A stretch of DNA of 64,000 bases from positions 115,609 to 179,608 of IMG/VR virus record IMGVR_UViG_3300020183_000007; one strand, given 5' to 3'. The stretch is from a virus. Positions 18,340 to 28,792 of the stretch are shown here, piece by piece (position 1 is the first letter of the stretch; every line of letters starts with the position of its first letter). The position numbers and the translations under genes are program-made. A model generated the notes under the pieces. That model was given only the letters and a program-made list of their open reading frames with translations, did not search any database and was not told where the DNA came from.

Positions 18340-19773
18340 ATGAGCAATGTACAATATTCTTTTGTTTCAACAGAAGAAGGGCATCTTACTTTTCGTTCTT
18401 CTGTTAATTCTTTTGGTCTAGACCATGTTACTGATAAGGACATGGTTTCTTTTTATACATCTTTCTCTAATTATGCCTACATTGATACTGGATTGATGCC
18501 TGTTGATGGTTCAGGTTTATTAGCTCTTCGTTCCGCTGGCAATCATACCCAAATTGTTTATCAACATAAACCAGGTATGTATTATATTAACTGGGGTTCG
18601 CATGAGGGTGACAAGGATGCTGTTAAGTATTATGTTGCTCAACCTTATCGCATTGTTATTGCCGACCTTGTAGATGGAAACATTTACGGTGCAAGAACAT
18701 TCTATACACCAATTCCTGTCACTTATCCTGATATACCACTCTATCACGTTAATCTTCCAAATATTAATTGCAAAGGGTATCGTGGCAATGCAGTAGGCTG
18801 GATTTGTTTGTACCATACTGAAGATATAACAAATTATCCTTTTGGAGAAAAGCTTGCCAAAGTTCTTGATCGTTGTTCTGGTACTGAAGCTTACAACGAT
18901 ATTAATATGAATGAAACTGATGGTCCTCGTTTCTATTCCGAAAACGAAAAACCAAGTTTTCTTCATGATCCTTTTGAATGGCAAGAATATTCTCATAAGT
19001 ATGGATATGAATGGACTCTTGATCCCGACCTATGGATCCCTGTTTTAGTTAAAAATCGCGACGATCAAGGCAAACACGATTATAGTGGTCAGCCATTAAC
19101 TTTGGCTGATGCTATTACTGGTAATTATTCTGTTTATTATTCCGATACTGTCATACCCAAACCTGTTAATCAAATACTTCGCTCTGACTATTCTCTTCCT
19201 TCTTCTAAAGTTTTTGCTTGGTTTAAACAAGCTTACAATTCTTCTACCACTCAATCTCCTGTTATTAATGTCATTGAAAAATCTCAAACTATTAAAGTAG
19301 ATCAAAGCAATGCCCAACCAGTATTTGTACCAGAAGAAGATGTATCAGAAGAAGATGTATGGTACTGTGACAACTGTCAAGAAACCTTTTCAGTTCATGA
19401 TTGTACTCCAAATACCACATATCATTCTGCCTTTATTTGCGCTCATTGCTTTGAAGATAAATACGTTTATGCTTTAAATACTAACGATTATCATCATGCC
19501 GAATCTGAAAATATGTTGTGGTTAGCTATTTCGGATGCTTGGATCTATCTTCCCAAGGCATCTCCTGAAACCTACAAATATTGTAGCGATTGTGATACTG
19601 GTATCTATATAACTCACCAAAAATTTGATGAATTCCATATGGCTCCCAAAGAAGCAGATTTACCTGAAACTTGTCTTTCTTGTTATGAACAATTTCAAGC
19701 TCAACAACATAACTATGAAAATTCTTTAATAGCTTTAGATGAAACGCCAGAAGAAAATACAACGCCTTTTTGA
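18340..19773 (+). CDS. prokaryotic E2-like (Prok-E2 family D / PRTRC protein B-like) protein with Cys-rich C-terminus
   Basis: QPYRIVI...PLYHVNLPNIN...GWICL (putative catalytic Cys); C-terminal CxxC pairs; adjacent to JAB, E1 and Ubl. Confidence 0.6.
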   Translation: MSNVQYSFVSTEEGHLTFRSSVNSFGLDHVTDKDMVSFYTSFSNYAYIDTGLMPVDGSGLLALRSAGNHTQIVYQHKPGMYYINWGSHEGDKDAVKYYVAQPYRIVIADLVDGNIYGARTFYTPIPVTYPDIPLYHVNLPNINCKGYRGNAVGWICLYHTEDITNYPFGEKLAKVLDRCSGTEAYNDINMNETDGPRFYSENEKPSFLHDPFEWQEYSHKYGYEWTLDPDLWIPVLVKNRDDQGKHDYSGQPLTLADAITGNYSVYYSDTVIPKPVNQILRSDYSLPSSKVFAWFKQAYNSSTTQSPVINVIEKSQTIKVDQSNAQPVFVPEEDVSEEDVWYCDNCQETFSVHDCTPNTTYHSAFICAHCFEDKYVYALNTNDYHHAESENMLWLAISDAWIYLPKASPETYKYCSDCDTGIYITHQKFDEFHMAPKEADLPETCLSCYEQFQAQQHNYENSLIALDETPEENTTPF

Positions 19774-19826
19774 TATGACAAACATAAATATACAAATAAT
19801 TAAAATATTAATATTTAGGAGAAATA

Positions 19827-21530
19827 ATGTCTGAACAACTAGCTCTTCCTCTTGAGCAAAACGAAGAAGAATATCTTACATTGGAAGATCTTAATCCTCT
19901 TTGGATTACTCCTGATGGTCTTCCAACTTTTATGGCAGATAGATCTGACATTTGTGAATGTATTGAGTCTTTTGGTTTTAGCATTTATTATATTATTGCT
20001 AACGAAGCAAAAGAAATTAAGCCTACAAATACTTCTTCTCACTACACTGGTACTGTTACATACAATAATACCAATAAAACAGCTGCCATAACTCCTGTTC
20101 CTGTTATCGTTAGGTCTTCTCAAATCTATCGTGTTGTTAACAATTTTGTTGGTCGTTCTGTTGCGGCTGTTCGCCCAGAACTTACAAGCGATTTTGTTGA
20201 TATGGAAGAGGAGGCTATTTACAACATGCCTCCAATTCCTTATATTCTCATTGAAAAGCTTGATCAATTCTTTAGACTTGTTGAAGCTCAACATGGTACA
20301 GAATCTATCGTGATGCTTACATTTGACCAAGACAAACAGGAATCTGACGGCTGGGGCATACTTGTTCCCGATCAGTCCAATACTTCTGTTCACTGCAATT
20401 ACGATCCAGACAGTATCGCTCAGATTAAACCCGACAATGTCCTCATCGTTGGCTCTGCGCATAGTCATCCTGGAATGAGCGCTTATGCTTCTGGGACTGA
20501 TCATGCAGATCAAGCTGATTTTGATGGTATTCACATTACTTTTGGCTGGCAAAAATCTGTAAACAACGGTGCAACTCAATATTATATTGAAATGCAAATG
20601 GCTGGAAAAGCTTACAAGCTTGATCCAGAAGATGTTTTTGAAGGTTACAATATTGATAGGGCCCCAGATCCTGAAGTTGTAGGATGGACTGATAAAGTAA
20701 AAAAAGTCAACCCCCCCAGTACGGGGGGTACAGTAACGGCAGTTCCTGGGCAACCTCTGCCCCAACCCCAGGCTCCTATTCAGGCTACTACGGTGGGTGG
20801 ACCCAGTAGTAAAAAGCTTACTGGTTATATCAATTATTCCTCTCATATGTTAAATATTATAGATGAGACTATAAGTTATGAACACAAAGCTATTCTTGTT
20901 TGCGAAGTAACTCCTGCAAATGATAAAACTAAGTTTCATTGTCCATCTTGCTTTTCTTATCTTCCTATCAGTTCTATAACTCGTGATTATTGTTGTTCTT
21001 TTTGTGACGTTCCCTTGTGTCTTCCGGACACTTCAATAGATCAAATAGTTTATGATATATCTAAATATTGTGAAGAAAGAAATATTTCTCAAGACGCTGT
21101 TTTATATATGCTCACTAAAGATATTCAAAATGAATACATGATTTTGAGACTTACTCCAGAGCTAATTACTGATTATCTTGATTATCAATGGCCAAAAAAT
21201 AATTCTCCTATTAATGATGAACAGCTTACTCTTTGTTGTTCTCAAACTAAAGATCAATGTTTTTGTGAAGTTCAAATTCTAACTATGGATACTTTTGATT
21301 TTGATAATTTTATGGGGAATTCTGATGTTTATTCACAACATTCTGATTGCTGGAAGTGTGAGCATTATTACACAGCTCACTGCCCTAGATACATAGATCT
21401 TGTAACCACTTTTATGTCTTCTCCTGACAAGAAAGAACCAAAGCAATATTCTGAAACTATTGTTTCAGACGGTTGTGCATATTATAAAGACATATATGCA
21501 TATGAAAGAGATACATATGAACCCCACTGA
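19827..21530 (+). CDS. JAB/MPN+ metalloprotease (deubiquitinase-like) with Cys-rich C-terminal extension
   Basis: GTES ... VGSAHSHPGMSAYASGTDHADQ (E...HxHx7Sx2D). Confidence 0.85.
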   Translation: MSEQLALPLEQNEEEYLTLEDLNPLWITPDGLPTFMADRSDICECIESFGFSIYYIIANEAKEIKPTNTSSHYTGTVTYNNTNKTAAITPVPVIVRSSQIYRVVNNFVGRSVAAVRPELTSDFVDMEEEAIYNMPPIPYILIEKLDQFFRLVEAQHGTESIVMLTFDQDKQESDGWGILVPDQSNTSVHCNYDPDSIAQIKPDNVLIVGSAHSHPGMSAYASGTDHADQADFDGIHITFGWQKSVNNGATQYYIEMQMAGKAYKLDPEDVFEGYNIDRAPDPEVVGWTDKVKKVNPPSTGGTVTAVPGQPLPQPQAPIQATTVGGPSSKKLTGYINYSSHMLNIIDETISYEHKAILVCEVTPANDKTKFHCPSCFSYLPISSITRDYCCSFCDVPLCLPDTSIDQIVYDISKYCEERNISQDAVLYMLTKDIQNEYMILRLTPELITDYLDYQWPKNNSPINDEQLTLCCSQTKDQCFCEVQILTMDTFDFDNFMGNSDVYSQHSDCWKCEHYYTAHCPRYIDLVTTFMSSPDKKEPKQYSETIVSDGCAYYKDIYAYERDTYEPH

Positions 21531-22281
21531 TTCCAAACGTTTCATTCTTGTTGGCGCTGGAGGAATCGGCACTTGGCTTGCCGCTGGTCTTGTTCGCCTT
21601 CTTGAATGGAAGTTTCCCAATTCTGCTCTTATCATTGTAGATGGCGATACTTACGAAGAAAAAAACAAAGAGCGTCAAGATTTTACTAAGCTCGGCAATA
21701 AAGCCGTTGTCAAAGCTACAGAATTAGTTCCACAATTTCCCAAAACTACAATTATCCCCGTTGCTAAATGGGTTGTTGATGATAATTTTTCTGGAATTGC
21801 GGACGAACAAAGTCCTAAAATTAAAGCTAGTGATCTTATCAGAGAAAACGATGTTATTTTTGCTGTAGTTGACAATTTTGCTGCAAGAAAAATACTTTTT
21901 GATGCCGCAACAAAACTTAATAACGTTGACGTTTTTACAGGCGGAAATGACGATGCTTTATTTGGTTCTATTTATCATTATCAGAAACGCGATGGCGTAG
22001 AGATTACTGTTCATCCAGCTGAATTTCATCCAGAATATCATAATCCTCCAGATAAAAATCCTGGTGAACTCAGCTGCCAACAGCGTTCTCAAATTGAAGG
22101 CGGAACACAGCTTCTTGCTACTAATATGGCGGTTGCATCTTTTATTCTGGGTAGGGTTCAGAAAATTATAGTGTCCAATCAGAGTCCGGAAGAAACAGAA
22201 ATTTTCTTCGATCTGGGCATAGGCAAATCTGAGCCGTACAACAGAATGCATTCATCCCTGAATGAAACAATTACAGTATAA
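21517..22281 (+). CDS. ThiF/E1-like activating enzyme
   Basis: LVGAGGIG, IVDGDTYEEKNKERQ, VVDNFAARK, ELSC catalytic-Cys region, QLLATNMAVA. Confidence 0.9.
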   Translation: MNPTDSKRFILVGAGGIGTWLAAGLVRLLEWKFPNSALIIVDGDTYEEKNKERQDFTKLGNKAVVKATELVPQFPKTTIIPVAKWVVDDNFSGIADEQSPKIKASDLIRENDVIFAVVDNFAARKILFDAATKLNNVDVFTGGNDDALFGSIYHYQKRDGVEITVHPAEFHPEYHNPPDKNPGELSCQQRSQIEGGTQLLATNMAVASFILGRVQKIIVSNQSPEETEIFFDLGIGKSEPYNRMHSSLNETITV

Positions 22282-22302
22282 TATAAAATAGGAGATATTA
22301 CA

Positions 22303-22557
22303 ATGGAAACCTCAAGTAGCAGTGAAGGACAGCCAAGCCGTTCTTCCGGTATGGCCAATATTCGTTATGGCGTTTACAATCAGCCTAGCAATATTGCCGG
22401 TAAGTCAATCAAGGAAGTTCGTGAGCAATTCAGCAAGATTTGGGGAATCCCCAATGATGCTGTCGCATACTGTGGCAAAGATAAGCTTGACGAGAACGCA
22501 GTAATTCAACCTGGTCAGAACGTCGAATTTCACCGTCGTGCTGGCGAGAAGGGCTGA
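22303..22557 (+). CDS. ubiquitin-like (beta-grasp) protein with C-terminal Gly
   Basis: 84 aa, follows E1; GKSIKEVR...IP...VIQPGQNVEF beta-grasp pattern ending RRAGEKG. Confidence 0.7.
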   Translation: METSSSSEGQPSRSSGMANIRYGVYNQPSNIAGKSIKEVREQFSKIWGIPNDAVAYCGKDKLDENAVIQPGQNVEFHRRAGEKG

Positions 22558-22568
22558 TTACTCATATA

Positions 22569-22630
22569 CGAACAGTTGTTTCTAACACTGTTCGGTAGGG
22601 GGAGGATACTCTTTATGGGTATCCTCCCCC
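22569..22630 (+). terminator. tandem hairpins (terminator/processing site) after the Ubl gene
   Basis: CGAACAGT...ACTGTTCG and GGGGGAGGATAC...GTATCCTCCCCC. Confidence 0.6.
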
Positions 22631-22685
22631 TCTCATTTACTTCATTATTTAAAAATCCTACAACTAATATTACGGTGATAAGATA

Positions 22686-24290
22686 ATGTTTGACAAAATT
22701 AAACTGGGATGTCCCAATCTTTGGCTTCAGTCTTCTGATTTTTCAAGGGTTACTGACATTATTACATCTACTATTTCTCGCAATTTTTACACTATGGATT
22801 TTGTCAATGGATTTTCTAAGTTTGTTGATGGACAATGGAAACAAATTCTTGTACCTAATCCTGCTTACCCTGAAATGGCCACTGATTCACATATAATCAC
22901 TTTTGATCCTCAAGTCGCTCTACATTATCTTACTACAGACAAAACTATTACTCGTTCTACATATATTATTAATGTACCTTCATCTCCGGCTGATTCCATT
23001 ACACCTTATTCTTCTATTCTTTACCATTTCAAATCTCTTTATCGCACAGCCTTTTGGGCAGACGATATAGCAGCAATGCCTTTGCAGTTTATTTTTATTT
23101 CTGCTCTCGAATGCCCAGAAGATTTTGTTCATTTGTTTACTGTTCTAGAAGATTCTTATCCAACTCCGCAAGAACTTTCTACAATCGTTACTCATATTAA
23201 TGAATCAGCTCATGACCGTCTTATTACTGGCACTACAGTAAAAGAGATTGTTAACGCTGGTATCGGCCTTTCCGAATCCCAGTTTATTGATCTGTGCCTA
23301 ATGTCCGTTGTCAATAATTCTAAAATTGATCCCAAGTATATTTATGATGTCAAAATGGCTAATATAAAGAAGAATGGTATTCTTGAAATACTTAAGCCTA
23401 CCATATCTTTTTCTGATATTGGCGGTCTTGATAATATTAAGGATATCATTCGTCGTACTGCTGTTTTGCGTAAAGATCAACATCGTGCAATTTCTTTTGA
23501 TGTAGTGCCAATCAGAAGACTTCTTATGGTTGGTGTTCCTGGTACTGGCAAATCTGCTATTTGTCAAGCTACTGCTAAAGAACTCAATCTTGATCTTGCA
23601 CGCACTGGCATTAGCCAAGTTATGAATTCTTTCATTGGCCAATCAGAGGCCAATATGCGTGCAGTCTTTAAGCAGATCAGAGCCATGTCTCCTTTGTGCG
23701 TATGGATTGACGAGTTTGGTCGCGATCTTTCAGGTGGCACAAGTTCTTCTCATGTCGACGGTGGCACAACTGATCGTGTTCACGGTGAGTTTTTGACTGG
23801 TCTCCAAGAACTTCCTGAAGACACATTTTTGTTGTGTGCTGCGAACTCTCTTGATTCTCTGAAACCAGAAATGCTTCGTGCTGACCGATTTGACAAAATT
23901 ATGTTTGTTGGTTTACCTTCTTTTAGTGAACGCAAACATATTTTTCAAATTCATCTTTCTAAAATTGATACAGATCATTCTTTTGATTATGATGCTATCG
24001 CTGATGCAACTCAGTACATGACTGGTGCTGAGATAGTCTCTTTGATTAAAGAAACTAAATTTTATGTTGTTTCTGAATCTTTGAGACCTATCGAAACAAA
24101 TGATATTCTTACTTATGCTTCTAAAATTAAAAATATTATTTGGATGAAACATCATGAAACGGTTGTCTCAATGTACAAATATGCGTTGGAACAGTGGGAT
24201 TGGGCATCCACAGAACAAATGAACGATGCTACAATAATACTATCCAAAACTTCAACGCAAAAACAATCAACATCCGTAACATGGAAATAA
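22686..24290 (+). CDS. AAA+ ATPase (Ycf46/CDC48-like)
   Basis: IGGLDNIK, GVPGTGKS Walker A, VWIDE Walker B, AAN...EMLRADRFD. Confidence 0.88.
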   Translation: MFDKIKLGCPNLWLQSSDFSRVTDIITSTISRNFYTMDFVNGFSKFVDGQWKQILVPNPAYPEMATDSHIITFDPQVALHYLTTDKTITRSTYIINVPSSPADSITPYSSILYHFKSLYRTAFWADDIAAMPLQFIFISALECPEDFVHLFTVLEDSYPTPQELSTIVTHINESAHDRLITGTTVKEIVNAGIGLSESQFIDLCLMSVVNNSKIDPKYIYDVKMANIKKNGILEILKPTISFSDIGGLDNIKDIIRRTAVLRKDQHRAISFDVVPIRRLLMVGVPGTGKSAICQATAKELNLDLARTGISQVMNSFIGQSEANMRAVFKQIRAMSPLCVWIDEFGRDLSGGTSSSHVDGGTTDRVHGEFLTGLQELPEDTFLLCAANSLDSLKPEMLRADRFDKIMFVGLPSFSERKHIFQIHLSKIDTDHSFDYDAIADATQYMTGAEIVSLIKETKFYVVSESLRPIETNDILTYASKIKNIIWMKHHETVVSMYKYALEQWDWASTEQMNDATIILSKTSTQKQSTSVTWK

Positions 24291-24302
24291 AAAGGGGAAA
24301 CA

Positions 24303-27153
24303 GTGACTAACAATGCTTATGATAATGTGGAAGATTTTTTATCTTCTATAGACGATGATGGTTCTCCTATTGAAACTATGAAGAATTCTGATAACAAAGA
24401 ATTTCATCAGGAGCTTTATAAGAAATGGTTTAGATCTAAAACTCAATCTGGCTTCTTAGCTATTCGCCCTTGGCATCAAGCTTTGAAGATGAAAATCGAT
24501 ATTGGTAAAACATCTCCGGAAGGCAAACTTGTTAGTAGTACCGCTGTTTTTGTTGATTCTATTGACTTTTCTGCTTATCTTAAATCCATTACTACGGAAA
24601 ATGCTGTAAACAATTATCCTAAAAACGACAAAATGGGCATTCCTACTGACGAAGGTTTTGTTTCTTATGGTGGCGCCGTCATTGATGGTAAGCCTATATC
24701 TAGAATATTTAAAGCCCATTATTGGCAGTTTGCAGAAACATATGACGCTACTGCTTTTGTTTGGAAGTGTGGCCACTTTGCTGCACGCAAATCTGATAGT
24801 GGTGCCTTTATTCCCGATATGAAATCACCTTTATCTGTAGATCAAATTAAGGTAACTCGTCAAGATATCTGTTCTATCTCTTATCTTATGAATTTATCTT
24901 TAATTTCTTATGTTGCAAATACTCAAGATTGGTATGAAATATGACGGATAGTAGCGAATATCTTGACAAAACCACTGCAGATTTTCTTACAAAATTTTTT
25001 CAAGATATTATAAACGGTTTAGCAGTTCAGATTGAAGATCGTCTTAAAACTGTAGAAACAGCTATTGAAGGCATTGAAAAGCAAGTTGCTACACTTGTTC
25101 TTAGTTATGGGGAACAGGCAGTTTTTACCGAAGCTTTAGTTGGTCAGATTGCTTTTGCCACCGACGAAGCACGTAAAGCCTTTCATGAAACTTTGCAGCA
25201 ATCGCGCAAACAAATGCTAGAGGTAATGCAAAATGCATCAAAAGGAATCTTGGCTGACGAAAATCCTAGAGTTGCCTCAGCCGTTAACAACTTGGCTACA
25301 GAAAAGTTATTTGATACAAACTCCTGATTTTTCTTGCGTTTTATTCGTAGATAATTATTCTGAAGTTTTATTGAAGAATTTAACTTATCTTAGTCAAATA
25401 TATCCTTTAGCTAAATCTTTGTATCCAACAATTACGTCTTTGCACGTAGCTTCAACTACTCTTCAAGAGTTTATAAAAACTGGTAAAATTGAAATATATT
25501 CCATAGAGGTGAATTTATGACTGTGGTGCAACGCTTTGAAAATACAACACATTTATATAATTATTTTGTGTCTTCTCTTTCGTCTAATAATTTTGTAAAA
25601 CTAAATCAAGACAATGTGCAACTTTTCGCTGAGACATATTCTCTTCATTCTTCTATTATTAATGAAGTTTCCCAGTCTCCTTATAATTTCTATCTTTATA
25701 CTTCTTCTAAAACTTCTTATCGTAAGAATGTTCATCCATATTTACCTAACGTTCTTTACAAAAGATTTTTTAATAGTCTAAAGATATTCAATATTATACG
25801 TGAAGCTTCTTCTTCAATGGTTCTTATTCACATGTTGCCTTTTAGTGAAGAACTATTTGATTCCATCAACAATTCTTCTAATTTAGATAATATCAAAGTG
25901 CTTAATCAGATTATTGACAATTTTTCTAATGTATCTGCTGATAATCAGTATTACATTGATTATATTAAAACTTTAGAAGCAAAATGTTTAGAACTTCAAA
26001 ATTTAAACTCTAATCTTTTGGATCAAATTCAAAATTTTAAACTGACTACTTGGTACTGAATATTATGTCTGATGATTCTTTTACTTTTGATAGTTTTTCA
26101 TTTGTAAATAATTTTAATAATTTTAACGATATTATTTTTAAACAAGATTCTAATTTAAGTTTAGAAGAATTTTTTGCCGATTTCAAAAAAACAGTTTCTA
26201 AACTTACAAAAGAAAGTTTGATAGAAAAGGTAAATACTGACATGTCCAATTACCCAATTGTTCCTGTTTCCTCGGATCAATACAAGGCAGTTATATACCC
26301 ACATATGTCACCTGAAGGTAAACCCTTACATTTCAATTTATATATTAATCATGATCCTTCATTACCTTCTGATATTGTTGTTATAGACTACTTAAATTCT
26401 GGTGAATTGTTTTGTAATCTTTCTCAAATTAATCTTCAAAACACTCGTCCTTTACTTCAAAATCTATATGCCAGATATTTAAGTTCACCTGAATTTGTTA
26501 ATGACACCCATCCAATAGGATACACATCTACTATGATACCTTCCGCTGTAACATGTGTTTCTCCTGTAAATTCTGATTCTATAGCTTGGTCTTTTCCTCT
26601 GGCTAAACTTTTTGATTATACTCATGTTTCAAAGGATATTCCGGTTTGCCAGTATTACACTCATCAATCATTGGACGATTCTGTTCCAGTTATTATTTCT
26701 TCTAAATATAAATACGCTAATGTAATTCCCGGCAATCATATGTGTTCTCATCCATCTGTGTCTCAGAATCCTTATAGTTGTTCATTTTTTACTTTTTTCT
26801 CAAATTGTTCTATGTATTCTCCGTCCCAACAAGAAATATTATTTAAAACTGTGACATCACCTAATTCTTCGTCCACTCTTGATTTTGTGTTAACTTACTC
26901 TCTTACTTCTTCGGGTAACCATATGTTCGTTTTAACGAATCAAACTATTGGTGAAGACGTTAATGTATTAGTTTATCCTCAAACTTATTCTTATGATAAA
27001 TGTTTAGAAGAAGCCACTTCAATATATAATCAATATATTGAACCGTATTCTTCTACTCTTTGCGTTATTTCTGAAAACCAAAAAATTAGTTCTTCTGATT
27101 CAACAAAATATGTAGAAAAAGAAAGTTATATTACATCTCTCTTGGTAGGTTGA
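24303..27153 (+). CDS. five hypothetical proteins (24303-24944, 24941-25327, ~25233-25520, 25517-26059, 26050-27153)
   Basis: Tightly overlapping + strand ORFs; no recognisable motifs. Confidence 0.55.
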
Positions 27154-27154
27154 A

Positions 27155-28792
27155 ATGTATTTAGATAATCAACATTTTACTAGTGAACAATCTTTTCTGA
27201 ATTCAGATTCTTTTATTACTTATTCAATAAATTATTCTAATTCTAACATTGATCCTTTATTGGAATATTCTCGTTATGCACTAATTCTTTCAAGAAAAAA
27301 TTTTATTCATCCTAGCACTTTAGATCTTTTTAAAGAAAAATATACTGCTTGCGATCCTGTTGTTCTTAACAATATAGATGAAATATTTTCTAAAGCTTTA
27401 GATCCTCACAAATATAATGATAATTATAATGACGATACAGGCTATCATTATTCTCCTCCGTATGTATTTTCTTCTGAAGCTTCTATTCTTTCCTCTATAT
27501 CTATTGAAAACCTTGCGAATATTCATGCTAAATCTTTACAATCTTCTGTTCCTACCTCAACTTACCCCGTAGCAACAAGGTATGTTTCCTCTAATGGAAC
27601 GCTGTTTATTGAGCGTCCGCCATTTCAGGCTACCATAGATTACAAACCTGGTAATGCTTCAACTAAAAAGGCAAAGTTGCCTTCCAAAACCGTATGGATA
27701 CCTTGGACTATTTATGTATTTAATCCAAATTATCCAGGTGGATCTCAACACATGTATTTTTCCTATAAATCTTTGACTTCTATGTCAGATAGTTATTATC
27801 CTACTTATCTTCCAAATACTCATACTGATGGAAGAATATGCTATTCTAATAGTTTATCTACTCTTCCTATTCTCAGTTCTGATATTACTCCTGATTCTAT
27901 GTATTCTTACATGATCAATGAGTTTTTTGCTGGTTCTTGGAATTCTGATCTTGTGAATCCCTGGTACTATATGTTTTATGAAAGACTTAGAAATCATATA
28001 AAATATTATGAGTATTCTGATCTGGATAAAGAAGAATTTTCATATCGTATGCCTCTTTTGTTCAAATTATTTCATCCTTCTCCTGAAATAATGCAACAAG
28101 CTGAACTTAACAAGATTCAGAAAATTTGGCAATATTATAATGAAAATATTCCTTCTAGGTTCTTTTATGATTTGCCGTCAGATTTATTTCACTATTCTCT
28201 TTTGTCTTTATTATCTACTTTTTCTCTTAAAGAAATTCTTTCTGTTCAAGAAGAAGTACATTTGATCTACCAAGACGTAGAACTTAAAGGTACAAATTCT
28301 ATTTTTAATAATTTTCATAATTATCTTAATTTTAAACCTAAATCTTTTGAAGAGATATCTACGCTAAATACACATTTGCGTACAACAACACTTGTGTCTT
28401 CCCATGTTCGTGAGATTGTCAACTTAGCGTGTGCTGAAAATTCTCTTTTTTCTGAATTTGATTATAACAAACTTGACAGACAAATTATTGCTGTTAATGT
28501 TCCTCCTTCAAACACTCCATTCAATCATCTTTCATATCATGCAAGAAATACAGTTTATTTTAATTCAATTAATGAACTTCCATTTGCTCCATCTTTTGTT
28601 ATACCTATATATAATGTTGACAATTCGCAATCTTATTACCTAATTCCTTCTTCTGATATCTCTGTTGAACAACTTTATCTAGAAATGCTTAAAGTATATA
28701 TAGATAATAGTCATTATTTTCCTTGTCAATCTACTCCTTTTTATGAAATCTTTCCTTTAAGAAGTGACATTTTATCTCTTAGTCAAGGATGA
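27155..28792 (+). CDS. second Prok-E2-like domain protein
   Basis: ERPP...WIPWTIYV...MYFSYKSL...YYPTYLPNTHTDGRICY. Confidence 0.5.
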   Translation: MYLDNQHFTSEQSFLNSDSFITYSINYSNSNIDPLLEYSRYALILSRKNFIHPSTLDLFKEKYTACDPVVLNNIDEIFSKALDPHKYNDNYNDDTGYHYSPPYVFSSEASILSSISIENLANIHAKSLQSSVPTSTYPVATRYVSSNGTLFIERPPFQATIDYKPGNASTKKAKLPSKTVWIPWTIYVFNPNYPGGSQHMYFSYKSLTSMSDSYYPTYLPNTHTDGRICYSNSLSTLPILSSDITPDSMYSYMINEFFAGSWNSDLVNPWYYMFYERLRNHIKYYEYSDLDKEEFSYRMPLLFKLFHPSPEIMQQAELNKIQKIWQYYNENIPSRFFYDLPSDLFHYSLLSLLSTFSLKEILSVQEEVHLIYQDVELKGTNSIFNNFHNYLNFKPKSFEEISTLNTHLRTTTLVSSHVREIVNLACAENSLFSEFDYNKLDRQIIAVNVPPSNTPFNHLSYHARNTVYFNSINELPFAPSFVIPIYNVDNSQSYYLIPSSDISVEQLYLEMLKVYIDNSHYFPCQSTPFYEIFPLRSDILSLSQG

